Source: a virus
Strand: one strand, 5' to 3'
Length of the DNA: 64,000 bases
IMG/VR virus record: IMGVR_UViG_3300009128_000008
Span: 20,696-84,695 of that record
A program made the translations under genes and the position numbers. Of this stretch, positions 1 through 9,447 are shown piece by piece; position 1 is the first letter of the stretch, and each line of letters starts with the position of its first letter. The notes beneath the pieces are model-generated. The model saw only the letters and a list, made by a program, of their open reading frames with translations, did not search any database and had not been told where the DNA came from.

Positions 1-422
1 CCGGCCGTACCAGGATCAATGCCTGAATCTATAGGTTCTGTTGTTATGTCCTCCGGAAACCAATCATAATAATAAGAGCCTGGATGAATTGACTTGGCTA
101 AAACTGGAAAAAAACATCCTATATCTCCTTCCCCAGGTTTTTCATACCCATACGCTATCATCATATCACTTGGATGATAACCAACACAATGGGCCGCAGT
201 TAATACAAGATCTGGTTTTATTAATGTTCCCGTACAGTTAGGCGTCTTGCTCGAACCAACCATTAACGCCACAATAGAAGGGTATTCAGAATGATTAGCT
301 GGCGCGCCGTTTATGATTGGCAGCTGATTATAGGACTCGTTTTCTGAATCAACTCCGGGATTATATCCACAGCCCAAACAAAATAACAAAGTAACTAATA
401 AACATAAAAACTTCTTATACAT
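1..422 (-). CDS. Trypsin-like (S1) serine protease, probable lipoprotein; truncated by the window edge and absent from the ORF track
   Basis: My translation from ATG at 422: MYKKFLCLLVTLLFCLGC (signal peptide plus lipobox-like Cys) ... LPIINGAP (IIxG mature N-terminus) ... NCTGTLIKPDLVLTAAHCVG (S1 His motif TAAHC). Confidence 0.85.
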   Translation of the reverse strand, partial: MYKKFLCLLVTLLFCLGCGYNPGVDSENESYNQLPIINGAPANHSEYPSIVALMVGSSKTPNCTGTLIKPDLVLTAAHCVGYHPSDMMIAYGYEKPGEGDIGCFFPVLAKSIHPGSYYYDWFPEDITTEPIDSGIDPGTA

Positions 423-705
423 TCTTTCTCCCACACAGCTCATCACAAAATTCTCTTCTTTTATCGGCGCTCATAATTAATTCTCTAAGATCTTCCTTCT
501 CCTCGCCATCCATACAATCAAAACAACGCTTTAGATCTATTAAATCAATATACCAACGCTTCTCGGCCTCAAAGCACATAAAGCCAATCCTACGTTTAAA
601 CGGATCATCTGATGGAACTATATTAGCATTTTCGACACTCTTTACATGATCTTGCATCGAACACACCAGATCTTCCCAATTATCATATACGCTGTCTTCG
701 GACAT
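415..705 (-). CDS. Hypothetical protein
   Basis: 96-aa ORF co-oriented and tightly packed with its neighbours; its stop overlaps the next ATG. Confidence 0.7.
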   Translation of the reverse strand: MSEDSVYDNWEDLVCSMQDHVKSVENANIVPSDDPFKRRIGFMCFEAEKRWYIDLIDLKRCFDCMDGEEKEDLRELIMSADKRREFCDELCGRKNV

Positions 706-712
706 AATTCCC

Positions 713-2443
713 TCACGATAAATATTGGTTTATGTTATAAATCTCTACTGTATTTGTATATATCAATCTATAAGAGTTTTTGTTCTTGCGTCGTCGTATA
801 TTTTTAATTTTTGTACCACATTTATTATGAAAAATATTAGATAGTTGCCCCAAAAACATATCACTACCATTAATTTCCATATATCTCTCTGATCTACTAG
901 ACTTCGCGTCTAATCTTCCACGAATAAAATCACTTAAAAATTTGTGCGATAAAATATTACCCGGCATTTGATAATCCATATTTTTATCTGAGTTTATACC
1001 AAATCTAGTATTAAGATCCTGCACTATTTGATCAGATGATATTGATATTCTGAAAGCATTACGCATCTTATTTATTGGGGCGCTTGTCATACCGGATTGC
1101 ACAAAATTTTCCAACTCAGACTTATTTTTTGAAGTTAAAATTATAGTACTCCCATCAATCGTAGACTTTCCCAATATCCTACCAGCAAAATAAAATTGTT
1201 TCCTGCTCTCATTATCAATAGAGAAAAAATTATGATCATGCTTGTTAGACTCAGTAGAACGTTTTTCTATGCCATACTGATGAATATATTTGCGAACAGT
1301 CTCAAACGAACATCCTAATTCTTCCGCCACCTTTTCCATTGATTGATACTTATTATACAATTGCCGAAGCTTTGATTCATCTAAATTTAACTCACGCTTA
1401 ATTAACTCTACACCACAATCTAATAATAATTGCTTTGTAGTTTTTTGTCTCTTCTGTATAATTTGGGCAATCTTTTGAATTGATTGATGCTCCTGATATA
1501 ATTTTGCCAAATTTTCTTTATCTAAACTGATGTGACAAGAAGTCATCCATTTATGTGCTGCTTTGCGAAATTGCTTTAATTCCCGCTCCTTTTTTCGTTT
1601 TTCTTCTAATTTTAGCTTTTTAGAATATCTGGTTATAATTTGTTGTGCTATCTCGCGTTTTCTATCCAAACATACTGTGGCATCCTTATATAGAAAATTA
1701 CATATCTTGGCAGTAACATCGTTTCCCCCATATTCTAATACTCCAATCCCGCTATTTACGCGAATATCTTTGTTTCGTTTCGGTAAGGCACATTGCGTTT
1801 CTAATATCATACGGAAAACCTCTAAAAATTTAGTGGTACCTCGTAAGCTAAAAAATAATTGCCTCTCTGTTCTACCGCCATATATCTTAGAATAATATAG
1901 ACTTCCATCTCCATCAAAATATCCTCGCATAAAATGACGAACTAATTTATGATCTATCAACCATTCCGGAAAAGTATATATGTGAGACTTACGCGGAACT
2001 ATATTAAAACGCTTAAGATCTGAGCACAACCGATCAGATGTTATTCGCAACTCACAGCTAGGATAGTCCTTATGATAGCTACCTATAGGGTTTTGTGCTG
2101 CCAAAGCCTTTTTAATTTTAATTAAATGTTGATGATCTTTTTCAGATAACCCAATAAACAAAATATTTGAAGCTCTTTGGTCTAATACGCAACCATCGGC
2201 GGCGATAAACCCCGCCCAATAAAAAGATTGTTCATTATTTATAGAGAAAAAATCATGATTACAATTATATCTTATTTGTGGCTTAACATATAGACCACAT
2301 TCCAACATATAACTTTTGACTGTACCTCCGGCACAACCCATCTCACGCCCAACAGCTTTGCAAGATCCTAAGCGGCTATATGCTTCTGCCAACTTGTCCT
2401 TTGTTAGTTTATTTTGTAATGTATTATCTTTTCCTCGTGCCAT
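713..2443 (-). CDS. Free-standing LAGLIDADG homing endonuclease with HTH segments and a second, degenerate LAGLIDADG pair
   Basis: YWAGFIAADG and HFMRGYFDGDG motifs; second copy reads YFAGRILGKS and DFIRGRLDAKS; HTH-like segments such as SMEKVAEELGCSFETVRKY. Confidence 0.85.
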   Translation of the reverse strand: MARGKDNTLQNKLTKDKLAEAYSRLGSCKAVGREMGCAGGTVKSYMLECGLYVKPQIRYNCNHDFFSINNEQSFYWAGFIAADGCVLDQRASNILFIGLSEKDHQHLIKIKKALAAQNPIGSYHKDYPSCELRITSDRLCSDLKRFNIVPRKSHIYTFPEWLIDHKLVRHFMRGYFDGDGSLYYSKIYGGRTERQLFFSLRGTTKFLEVFRMILETQCALPKRNKDIRVNSGIGVLEYGGNDVTAKICNFLYKDATVCLDRKREIAQQIITRYSKKLKLEEKRKKERELKQFRKAAHKWMTSCHISLDKENLAKLYQEHQSIQKIAQIIQKRQKTTKQLLLDCGVELIKRELNLDESKLRQLYNKYQSMEKVAEELGCSFETVRKYIHQYGIEKRSTESNKHDHNFFSIDNESRKQFYFAGRILGKSTIDGSTIILTSKNKSELENFVQSGMTSAPINKMRNAFRISISSDQIVQDLNTRFGINSDKNMDYQMPGNILSHKFLSDFIRGRLDAKSSRSERYMEINGSDMFLGQLSNIFHNKCGTKIKNIRRRKNKNSYRLIYTNTVEIYNINQYLS

Positions 2444-2547
2444 TTTGTCCTCCTGTATATGTATATAACACAGGAAATAACAAATTTAGCGTGCTCGAAG
2501 AAAAAGATACAAGAAACCCTCCAAAATCACCTAAGTGCTTGATATCA

Positions 2548-3450
2548 TTAAATAATTTGCCTTGCTCTCAGGTGCCTAAGCCTTGCCAGAGCAGGATGTC
2601 TAGCCGTGCTTATCGTCAAAGTGCCCAAGCCAATCGGTCCTGGTTTCATGTTGAACTTAATCAATTTAACTTTTTCAAAATGATTAGCCAACTCAGCAGC
2701 CCATTCAGTTTGCATTAAGTCAGACACGCCGGGAGGAGTAAATTGAATCCCCTGATCATTAATCTGGAACTCTCTACCTCTCTCCAATAACGCCTTGCTA
2801 GATAGAGCCATTAATGTTGCGCCTTGAACAATTACATCATGGAATTGAGCAATAATTTCCGTATCTTCAAATGTAAAAAAAGTAAAATGCGGAATCTCAT
2901 TAAACAGGCTTAATGAGTTGGCGATAAAAGAGACTAACGAGTCTATATTGTAAATATCACAATCTACATATACGTCATTTCCCCATTGGTCTGTAGACTT
3001 TACCTTGCCTCTACTATCCAGTCTGGCTCGTAATGTTTTAATTAGAAGGTTTATATTATGTATAGCAATTTGGCTATAATTGAACCCAGGATCATCTCCT
3101 AAATGCTCATAACCGTCAGTATTTACGGCTGGCATTTGTGTGTTCTGAACCACAAAATTAAATGATCCTGAGACACGATACCCATTCATAACACCATCCC
3201 AGATATCATTCCAAACGCCCAAAGCGGCATTAAAACCTACGGCGAAATCATATCCATATAATCCGGTGCTAACTCTATATACACCGGCATTTGTAGGTCC
3301 AATAACTACATTACCACTAGGCTCTTCAATAGTAACGGTAGGAAGAGCATCCAAATCTGCAGGGTTACCATCAGCGCCACGAAATAAAGCGCGCAATTGT
3401 ACGGTTTCAGTGTGCCCTACAGTTTGTCCTCTAGACCTCAATACTACCAT
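2548..3450 (-). CDS. Probable virion structural protein (head completion/neck-like)
   Basis: 300 aa with a beta-rich N-half and helical C-half; lies downstream of the capsid genes and behind a late-type promoter motif. Function inferred from context. Confidence 0.45.
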   Translation of the reverse strand: MVVLRSRGQTVGHTETVQLRALFRGADGNPADLDALPTVTIEEPSGNVVIGPTNAGVYRVSTGLYGYDFAVGFNAALGVWNDIWDGVMNGYRVSGSFNFVVQNTQMPAVNTDGYEHLGDDPGFNYSQIAIHNINLLIKTLRARLDSRGKVKSTDQWGNDVYVDCDIYNIDSLVSFIANSLSLFNEIPHFTFFTFEDTEIIAQFHDVIVQGATLMALSSKALLERGREFQINDQGIQFTPPGVSDLMQTEWAAELANHFEKVKLIKFNMKPGPIGLGTLTISTARHPALARLRHLRARQII

Positions 3451-3518
3451 GATATACCTCAGTTAAATGTCAAAATATTACGATAAACTTCGGGTATATA
3501 ATATGAAATATGAAATAA

Positions 3519-3878
3519 TTAAGATGGGTACACCGCCAAATTACCTAAGGGCAATGAAACATTAATTAAATACGTATCATAAAAATTAGCCACTCCAGTA
3601 TGAGGATCTGGCACTGGACCCTGGTACACAACTCTCAATATATACGTTCCCAAATTAGTAGTACTACTAGGAACAACAAAAGAACCACGATATGTTCCAA
3701 CAGAAATTCTAGTAAGTGGAACAGGGTAGCCACCTACTGCAGCTCCAGTTGGATCTATCACTGATTCAATAAATGGCATATAGCCATCTACAAGATTTCC
3801 CCAAAGCCCTTGAGACAACACATTTGCGGAAAATGAAATCGTTTGTCCTGGGTTCGCATTAATATTAACTGTACTCAT
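3519..3878 (-). CDS. Small beta-sandwich protein, probably virion-associated
   Basis: TRISVGTYRGSFVVP..LGTYIL resembles YRVSTGLYGYDFAV..LGVW in the adjacent 300-aa protein. Confidence 0.45.
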   Translation of the reverse strand: MSTVNINANPGQTISFSANVLSQGLWGNLVDGYMPFIESVIDPTGAAVGGYPVPLTRISVGTYRGSFVVPSSTTNLGTYILRVVYQGPVPDPHTGVANFYDTYLINVSLPLGNLAVYPS

Positions 3879-3903
3879 ATCAACATGCCAAATTATGCAA
3901 AAT

Positions 3904-4263
3904 CTATTCTAATTTCTCTTTAAACAACTCAGACATTTCTTCCGCGTATTTCTCGTCGGAAAATACAATCTCTTCATACTGCGGCATATCAACTTTGGCA
4001 GGAGCTTTTCGTCTCATTTGCATAGGTTGATTTGCTTTATGCTTCCTGGGGTTGCCCGGAAAATTTGGCTCCTCATAACTTACTTTAATTAAACCGTTTT
4101 TCTTGCATAAAGATCCGGTTTTTTTAGACTTTTCCAACCTATCGACGGAATAAGAGAAGTGTTTTTTATCAAGTAAATTATAATATCTACCCGCCGGAAT
4201 AGTTAAATTTAGGTCCGACAAACAAACATTCTTCTTTGAAATATTGATTACCCAGAATTCCAT
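3904..4263 (-). CDS. Hypothetical protein
   Basis: 119-aa ORF whose start overlaps the cold-shock gene stop. Confidence 0.7.
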   Translation of the reverse strand: MEFWVINISKKNVCLSDLNLTIPAGRYYNLLDKKHFSYSVDRLEKSKKTGSLCKKNGLIKVSYEEPNFPGNPRKHKANQPMQMRRKAPAKVDMPQYEEIVFSDEKYAEEMSELFKEKLE

Positions 4264-4499
4264 TATTCTATTACTTTTACATCGATTGCCTTATCATCTC
4301 CAGAGTTGTTTTTACCAATAGAAAATGATACTCTCTGTCCTGCCTTTAGAATTTTAAATCCCGTCATATTTATATCACTATAATGACAAAACATATCTTT
4401 TTGCTTTACTTTATCTTTTTCCCAATTAAGGAATCCAAACCCCATCTTGGAATCAAACCAATCTACTACGCCCTCAAAAACTTCCTTGTCTTCGCTCAT
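4263..4499 (-). CDS. cspA: Cold-shock domain (CspA-family) RNA chaperone
   Basis: GVVDWFDSKMGFGFL (RNP1) and DMFCHYSDI (RNP2). Likely start is MSEDKE at 4499, preceded by AAGGAG. Confidence 0.9.
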   Translation of the reverse strand: MSEDKEVFEGVVDWFDSKMGFGFLNWEKDKVKQKDMFCHYSDINMTGFKILKAGQRVSFSIGKNNSGDDKAIDVKVIE

Positions 4500-4540
4500 A
4501 TCTTTCTCCTTACAAATGTACAAATATGCAAACTTATGCG

Positions 4541-4840
4541 CTATTTAGGATCTTGTTCTTTGCCTACATCTTCTGGCGGAATAACAGCCTCACCATTAAT
4601 TGTAAGGCCTCCATAACAATCAAATAATTTATATAGCTCAGCAATCGCGACCTTACCCATATGTTCACGCTCAACCTCATTAGTACAATTTTGTATCAAT
4701 TTATCATACTTATCCAATAGTCTTACAACATCAGTATAACAGCCAAAATTCCTTGCCTGATTTAGTAATGCTCGGCGGAACTCTACCTCAGATACAACTT
4801 TTCCCTCTGGTTTAAATTTATTACTCATTGTCTTCCTCAT
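4541..4840 (-). CDS. Hypothetical protein
   Basis: 99-aa co-oriented ORF in a packed operon. Confidence 0.65.
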   Translation of the reverse strand: MRKTMSNKFKPEGKVVSEVEFRRALLNQARNFGCYTDVVRLLDKYDKLIQNCTNEVEREHMGKVAIAELYKLFDCYGGLTINGEAVIPPEDVGKEQDPK

Positions 4841-5162
4841 CTTTTACAAATGTAACTCTAGATTGTTTGGGTTTATGTGTAAAATACGGCTCATCTATAT
4901 CAATATTCTTTTTGCCGTCTAATTCATAAACTAACGTTCTAGCATATGGTAATTGTGTACTTGGGTATAGACCGATTATTTTTAGACGATTAGTATTATG
5001 TAGTAAATAATGATGGTTAGAACATAAAATTGCCGTATTAAAATTATGATTACTAGTTCCGATTTCAGTGCGGCCTATTATATGATGCTTGTGGAGCATG
5101 GCAGGATCTGACACGCTACAGCCATCTATCTCACATACTATTTTTTTCAATTTCTTCTTCAT
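4821..5162 (-). CDS. Small HNH endonuclease
   Basis: CEIDGC...LHKHHII...NFNTAILCSNHH fits the HNH/Zn pattern. Confidence 0.75.
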   Translation of the reverse strand: MKKKLKKIVCEIDGCSVSDPAMLHKHHIIGRTEIGTSNHNFNTAILCSNHHYLLHNTNRLKIIGLYPSTQLPYARTLVYELDGKKNIDIDEPYFTHKPKQSRVTFVKDEEDNE

Positions 5163-6018
5163 ACATGTCCAATATATCTTTTGCCCACTTTACCAAATCT
5201 TCCGGCGTTTGTCCCGGAGGATGGCGAGAGACCCATATTTCCAAGTTTTCAGGCCTATTATCATGACGAATGCCATTTTTATGATGAACATATTCAAATT
5301 TTCTTAATGGCCTGCCTATTTTTTCACTCATAACAAATCTATGTTCTAAAATTCTACCTCCAACCTGGGCATTAGGATGATCTGGCTTATAAACTAATCT
5401 ATATCCATATTCATTTATACTTCCGGCGCCATTTTCTGCAATTAACATTTTTAACGGATCTTTAAATTTTAAAAATCTAGTATAATGTTTACTACAATAA
5501 CCTTTAGATCTTACTTTGCCAAAACACCTATATACACTACATATATCAGATACTTTATGTAACTCTAAATTCTCAAGCCTATTATCTAATTTGTCGCCAT
5601 TTTTATGGATAACTTTCTCATCTTTATTTATTGGCCTATTTATATTTTCACTCATTATATATACGTGCTCTTGTATCCTGCCATTTTTAAAAGAGTTTGG
5701 ATGATTTGGTTTATAAATATATCTTATATTTCCATCCACATACCCTGAGCCATTTTTATTAAATAATGTAAAGTTAGGATCTCCATGCTTTTTATAGCGA
5801 TAATAATGTTTTTGACAATATCCTAACGCACAATGTATTTTGTTACATCCGTCCAAAGAACATAATCTTATTTTTTTTGTTGTCTTTTTTCTATTTTTAT
5901 AATTAGGCTTTTTAACAATTAATGGATCTCCATGTTTTTTATATCTTACAGAATGTTTATTGCAATAACCATATCTGCGCTGTTTTTCATCACACCCTTC
6001 AACATTACACTTTTTCAT
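5131..6018 (-). CDS. HNH homing endonuclease with two HNH domains and Cys/His repeats
   Basis: EH..(I/V)MS..I.RP....E.V(I/H)HKNG...DNR.ENLE occurs twice; C....C......GYC.KH(S/Y).R occurs three times. Confidence 0.88.
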   Translation of the reverse strand: MKKCNVEGCDEKQRRYGYCNKHSVRYKKHGDPLIVKKPNYKNRKKTTKKIRLCSLDGCNKIHCALGYCQKHYYRYKKHGDPNFTLFNKNGSGYVDGNIRYIYKPNHPNSFKNGRIQEHVYIMSENINRPINKDEKVIHKNGDKLDNRLENLELHKVSDICSVYRCFGKVRSKGYCSKHYTRFLKFKDPLKMLIAENGAGSINEYGYRLVYKPDHPNAQVGGRILEHRFVMSEKIGRPLRKFEYVHHKNGIRHDNRPENLEIWVSRHPPGQTPEDLVKWAKDILDMYEEEIEKNSM

Positions 6019-6081
6019 ATTAAAATGTCACAATATTACCACATATTACTGTTTATACATTACATGGTAATTTTAAACTTA

Positions 6082-7155
6082 TTATACCATCTTTCTTAAT
6101 TGGTTTATAAAACATTCCGCATCTAATTTATTATACTCGCCCCACTGACTTACCCGGATATAATCTTGACCATCACTAGGACGATTTAAAGCCTGCATCA
6201 AAGGGGAGCCACCAGTATATAATGATCCGCAGGCACTCCCAAGCCCAATATGTACTCCAGAATTTCCTAATAAATTCAATATCCTAAAAGCATCACCAGT
6301 TTTGGGCGTCTTGGCAAATGTTGTATTTGGACATCTATCAGCCTTCTCTCCAATTATCTCAAAACCCATATTACTCAGTTCTGGCTCTATAACGTCCCTA
6401 AAAGAAATCATATTATCTCTACGTTCATCTAATGTATTTATCGCGTGCTCCAATGCCACCGCTGTAGCAGCTATTCCACCAACATTCGGTGTGCCTGGAG
6501 TATCCATTACATATCTCGACCCGGTGCCATATTCTTTCCAGCAATCAGTGTTTTTTAAATAAATCCACCCCACACCAGAAGGGCCTCCAAATTTATGAGC
6601 GCCAAAAACCGCAATATCAACATCTAAATCAGATACATTAACAGATATTTTCCCTAAAGATTGAGACATATCAGAGAATAAATATTTTTTATTAAACTTG
6701 CCGATATCTTGTATGGTGCCTATTTCATTTTGCATGTGGATACAAATAATATTATCTTGCCTTTTATACGAAACCTGGCCATCAGAATTTACTGGTATTT
6801 TCTGGATTTGTTTGCCAAATATATCCTCGGCAGCAGTATAAACAGCTGGATGTTCTATTTGAGATAGCCAAATATCATCAATAAACCCAGTTAGTTCGAC
6901 CAGTAATAATAAACCCCACTCACACGCAGAAGTACATCCACTAGTAAATATTATTTGACTAGATTTTTGCGCTCCAATTAATTTCGCAATCTTTCCGCGA
7001 GCTTCTTCTATAGCGCTGGCAGCCGCTCGACCTAACTTAGATGGAGATAGCGGATGTCCATGACCAGCAACAGAATCATTGAATTTACAATAAAAATCTA
7101 TTACGCCCTGGCTCATAGGTAGATGAGCATTAGCATCTAAAAATAGTTCTTTCAT
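6082..7155 (-). CDS. iscS: Cysteine desulfurase, class I (IscS/NifS family, PLP-dependent)
   Basis: FLDANAH, IIFTSGCT, IEHPAV, NEIGTIQ, DMSQSLGK, GAHKFGGPSGVG (PLP Lys), GTPNV and GSACGS (catalytic Cys). Confidence 0.92.
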   Translation of the reverse strand: MKELFLDANAHLPMSQGVIDFYCKFNDSVAGHGHPLSPSKLGRAAASAIEEARGKIAKLIGAQKSSQIIFTSGCTSACEWGLLLLVELTGFIDDIWLSQIEHPAVYTAAEDIFGKQIQKIPVNSDGQVSYKRQDNIICIHMQNEIGTIQDIGKFNKKYLFSDMSQSLGKISVNVSDLDVDIAVFGAHKFGGPSGVGWIYLKNTDCWKEYGTGSRYVMDTPGTPNVGGIAATAVALEHAINTLDERRDNMISFRDVIEPELSNMGFEIIGEKADRCPNTTFAKTPKTGDAFRILNLLGNSGVHIGLGSACGSLYTGGSPLMQALNRPSDGQDYIRVSQWGEYNKLDAECFINQLRKMV

Positions 7156-7203
7156 GCTATATATATATAACGATAATATTTGTTTTTTTACACAATCACA
7201 CTA

Positions 7204-7509
7204 TTACATAGCAGCCCAGGCTTCAACTCTAATCTGCTGACCTGGATTTGCCGTTCTAAACCAAATATAGCTCACTCGCCGATTATTAAAAAATAATGCG
7301 GATGTGTCTGTACCAGGCATTAAATCGCCATGAAGAGTGCGCCCATTAAAACTATACTCTACCCTTTGAGTACCTTCGTTAATTAAAGAAAAGGAAGACA
7401 ATCCACGGAAATTAAACTCAATTTGTGAATTAGCTGGAAAAGCTGCCGGAGTAACATTTACTCTCCTAAAAAAATTAAAATCTTTTCCTTGTGTTATTGG
7501 TGCTGCCAT
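7204..7509 (-). CDS. Small beta-rich protein, probably virion-associated
   Basis: 101 aa directly after the capsid gene, with its own late-type promoter motif at 7548-7561. Confidence 0.5.
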   Translation of the reverse strand: MAAPITQGKDFNFFRRVNVTPAAFPANSQIEFNFRGLSSFSLINEGTQRVEYSFNGRTLHGDLMPGTDTSALFFNNRRVSYIWFRTANPGQQIRVEAWAAM

Positions 7510-7582
7510 AATTACCCCTATACCTGTTGTAAATTCACTTCACTATTATGTTTTTTTATTATAAGTGAAACCTAAATAAAAC

Positions 7583-7614
7583 AAAAAAGCCCGCATAATA
7601 ATTTATACGGGCTT
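7583..7614 (-). terminator. Intrinsic terminator after the major capsid gene
   Basis: AAGCCCG..CGGGCTT inverted repeat followed by a T-run on the minus strand. Confidence 0.75.
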
Positions 7615-7651
7615 AAATTTAAGTCAGTAGACTATTTTGTAGTAATCTAGC

Positions 7652-8662
7652 TTATGCGCCAATTACAGTGCTCTTGTTACCAGCAGATACGCCGCGAGGA
7701 TTGACAATACCAAGACCAATGATCTCGGAAACAACCCAGCCCAACTTAAGCTGCTTGGGTTCATCAGCAGGAAGAACCTCAATATCCTGTCGAACGGGCA
7801 TTACGCCTACGAACTCAGGATCGGCACAAGCAAATACTGTACCAGCAGGAACGATCTTGGAAACCATAAGATCGGCGCCCCAAATATGAGCATGCAGACC
7901 AGTCTGTAGAATCTCACGATGGGTCACAGGATCAATATCACCAACACCAACAGCACCACCACCGGACGACCAATTAAGGATGTCGGTGAATTCGTTGATA
8001 TTCATGAAGAACTTGGTCGTAACAAGGTCCCAACGGTCAACTTGCTGCTTTAGCTCGACAAGGTCGCGCCTTAGCATACCACCGTCAGCAATGTCTTGTA
8101 GGGTGTTCTCAGCCTGAGCAGCAGCATTAAGAGCCGCAAAACCATTAGCATCTTCTTGTGCCATGATTTCTTGACGGGCCTTCTGCACTGCACGGTCAAT
8201 AACGTTAAATCTTCGCCTCTTAACCTCAGCAATACGAACTGTTGGATTTGAGTAAATCTCAAACTCAGGAACAGTTACACGATCGCCAAATACGCGACTC
8301 TCTGGGCCAGTACCATTGCTAGAAATAACAACAGCAGCCACATCGATATCACGATCATAAACAGGGAGTGCACCCTGAGGTAGCGGATCAACAACTAGCG
8401 CCCTACGAAAGATACCTTGATAGTCAAGATTCCTACGAATTGGATTAGCCATAGCTTGAGCCAAAGCGATTTTGCCGTCATGACTCATAATAGCACGGGA
8501 AATTAGCTCATCACGTGCATCATCTGTCAGGCCTGGCTGACCACTTAGAGCTAGATTTGAAGGTGTGTTATCTTCAATAATTGAAGCGTACTTAGTTAGG
8601 GTAGTAAGTGCATCCTTAAGACTGGAAGCATTAATTTCTCCCTGGGTATTAAACATATTCAT
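7652..8662 (-). CDS. Major capsid protein (HK97 fold)
   Basis: 336 aa; MANPIRRNLDYQG..RRALVVDPLPQGALPVYDRD..RRFNVIDRAVQKARQEIMAQED and GWVVSEIIGLGIVNPRGV resemble large-phage HK97-type capsids. It follows a decoration-like gene, ends in a terminator, and protease, portal and terminase genes are in the same module. Confidence 0.85.
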   Translation of the reverse strand: MNMFNTQGEINASSLKDALTTLTKYASIIEDNTPSNLALSGQPGLTDDARDELISRAIMSHDGKIALAQAMANPIRRNLDYQGIFRRALVVDPLPQGALPVYDRDIDVAAVVISSNGTGPESRVFGDRVTVPEFEIYSNPTVRIAEVKRRRFNVIDRAVQKARQEIMAQEDANGFAALNAAAQAENTLQDIADGGMLRRDLVELKQQVDRWDLVTTKFFMNINEFTDILNWSSGGGAVGVGDIDPVTHREILQTGLHAHIWGADLMVSKIVPAGTVFACADPEFVGVMPVRQDIEVLPADEPKQLKLGWVVSEIIGLGIVNPRGVSAGNKSTVIGA

Positions 8663-8723
8663 AGTATATATACTCCTACGAGGTTAAAAGGCTACTCGCT
8701 AAGCCAGTAACCGTGATTAAAAC

Positions 8724-8761
8724 TTGAACAATCGGGCGCCCGATCACGGGCGCCCATTCAA
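8724..8761 (-). promoter_or_regulatory. GC-rich hairpin in the leader of the capsid gene
   Basis: GGGCGCCCG-ATCA-CGGGCGCCC is a perfect 9-bp stem, with outer TTGAA/TTCAA pairing and no clear U-tract. Confidence 0.6.
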
Positions 8762-8772
8762 CTTAGGTTAGA

Positions 8773-9447
8773 TTATAGTTCAGGATGGAAATGAATCACA
8801 GCCTCAGTGAACAGCATCTGAGCAGCAGCAGCACCAGGCGGAGAGTTCAACGCAGAGGTTAGATACCGTGGGGTAGTAACCAAGCTTCCATTAGTCTGGA
8901 ACTCAACAAACCTAGCAACAACGACCGCCTCAAAAGCAGCGCCAACAGTGGGTGTCAATAGACCAGTGGCAGTAGCATATAGAGCATCATTACCAACAAG
9001 AGTGCCATTACCAGGTACAAGACCTGTTCCTGCAGTCTCATCGACAGCGTCTAATGTTACAGCGTATAGACCAGGCTTATCCCAAAGGGTTACCTTACCA
9101 CTACCAGTAGCAGTGTGCGGGCCTAACTGAGCACCAGTATTGACTACTTGACCAGCAATTCCGCCAACGACCTGACCAAACAAAGTACCATAATTTGTGG
9201 TCCCATCATCCGTTAGGAATAGAGGACGAACACCAGCGGTAAGATTGGTAGTAACAGCAGGACGAACCTGATTTACTACGCCAACATAGCCATCACCAAT
9301 ATCGGAAGTTGCAAGATCCACATTTGCAGCGGTGCTTACATAACCGAATTGAGCTACCTCACCACCAAGAATGGTTAGATAATCATTGTCGTAACCGTCG
9401 AACTGACCAAGCGGCTGGATTCCGGGTTGTAAAATTCTAAGAGCCAT
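8773..9447 (-). CDS. Probable capsid decoration/cement protein
   Basis: Immediately upstream of the capsid gene; Gly/Thr/Val-rich; SGKVTLW and ALYATATGLLT motifs are shared with 16958-17650. Confidence 0.6.
   Translation of the reverse strand: MALRILQPGIQPLGQFDGYDNDYLTILGGEVAQFGYVSTAANVDLATSDIGDGYVGVVNQVRPAVTTNLTAGVRPLFLTDDGTTNYGTLFGQVVGGIAGQVVNTGAQLGPHTATGSGKVTLWDKPGLYAVTLDAVDETAGTGLVPGNGTLVGNDALYATATGLLTPTVGAAFEAVVVARFVEFQTNGSLVTTPRYLTSALNSPPGAAAAQMLFTEAVIHFHPEL

Noticed and set aside
6082-8662. Encapsulin nanocompartment operon (HK97-fold shell next to a cysteine desulfurase, as in family 2A)
   Set aside because: Portal, terminase and prohead protease are present. The desulfurase is class I (GSAC) with no N-terminal cargo-loading extension, and a terminator separates it from the shell gene.
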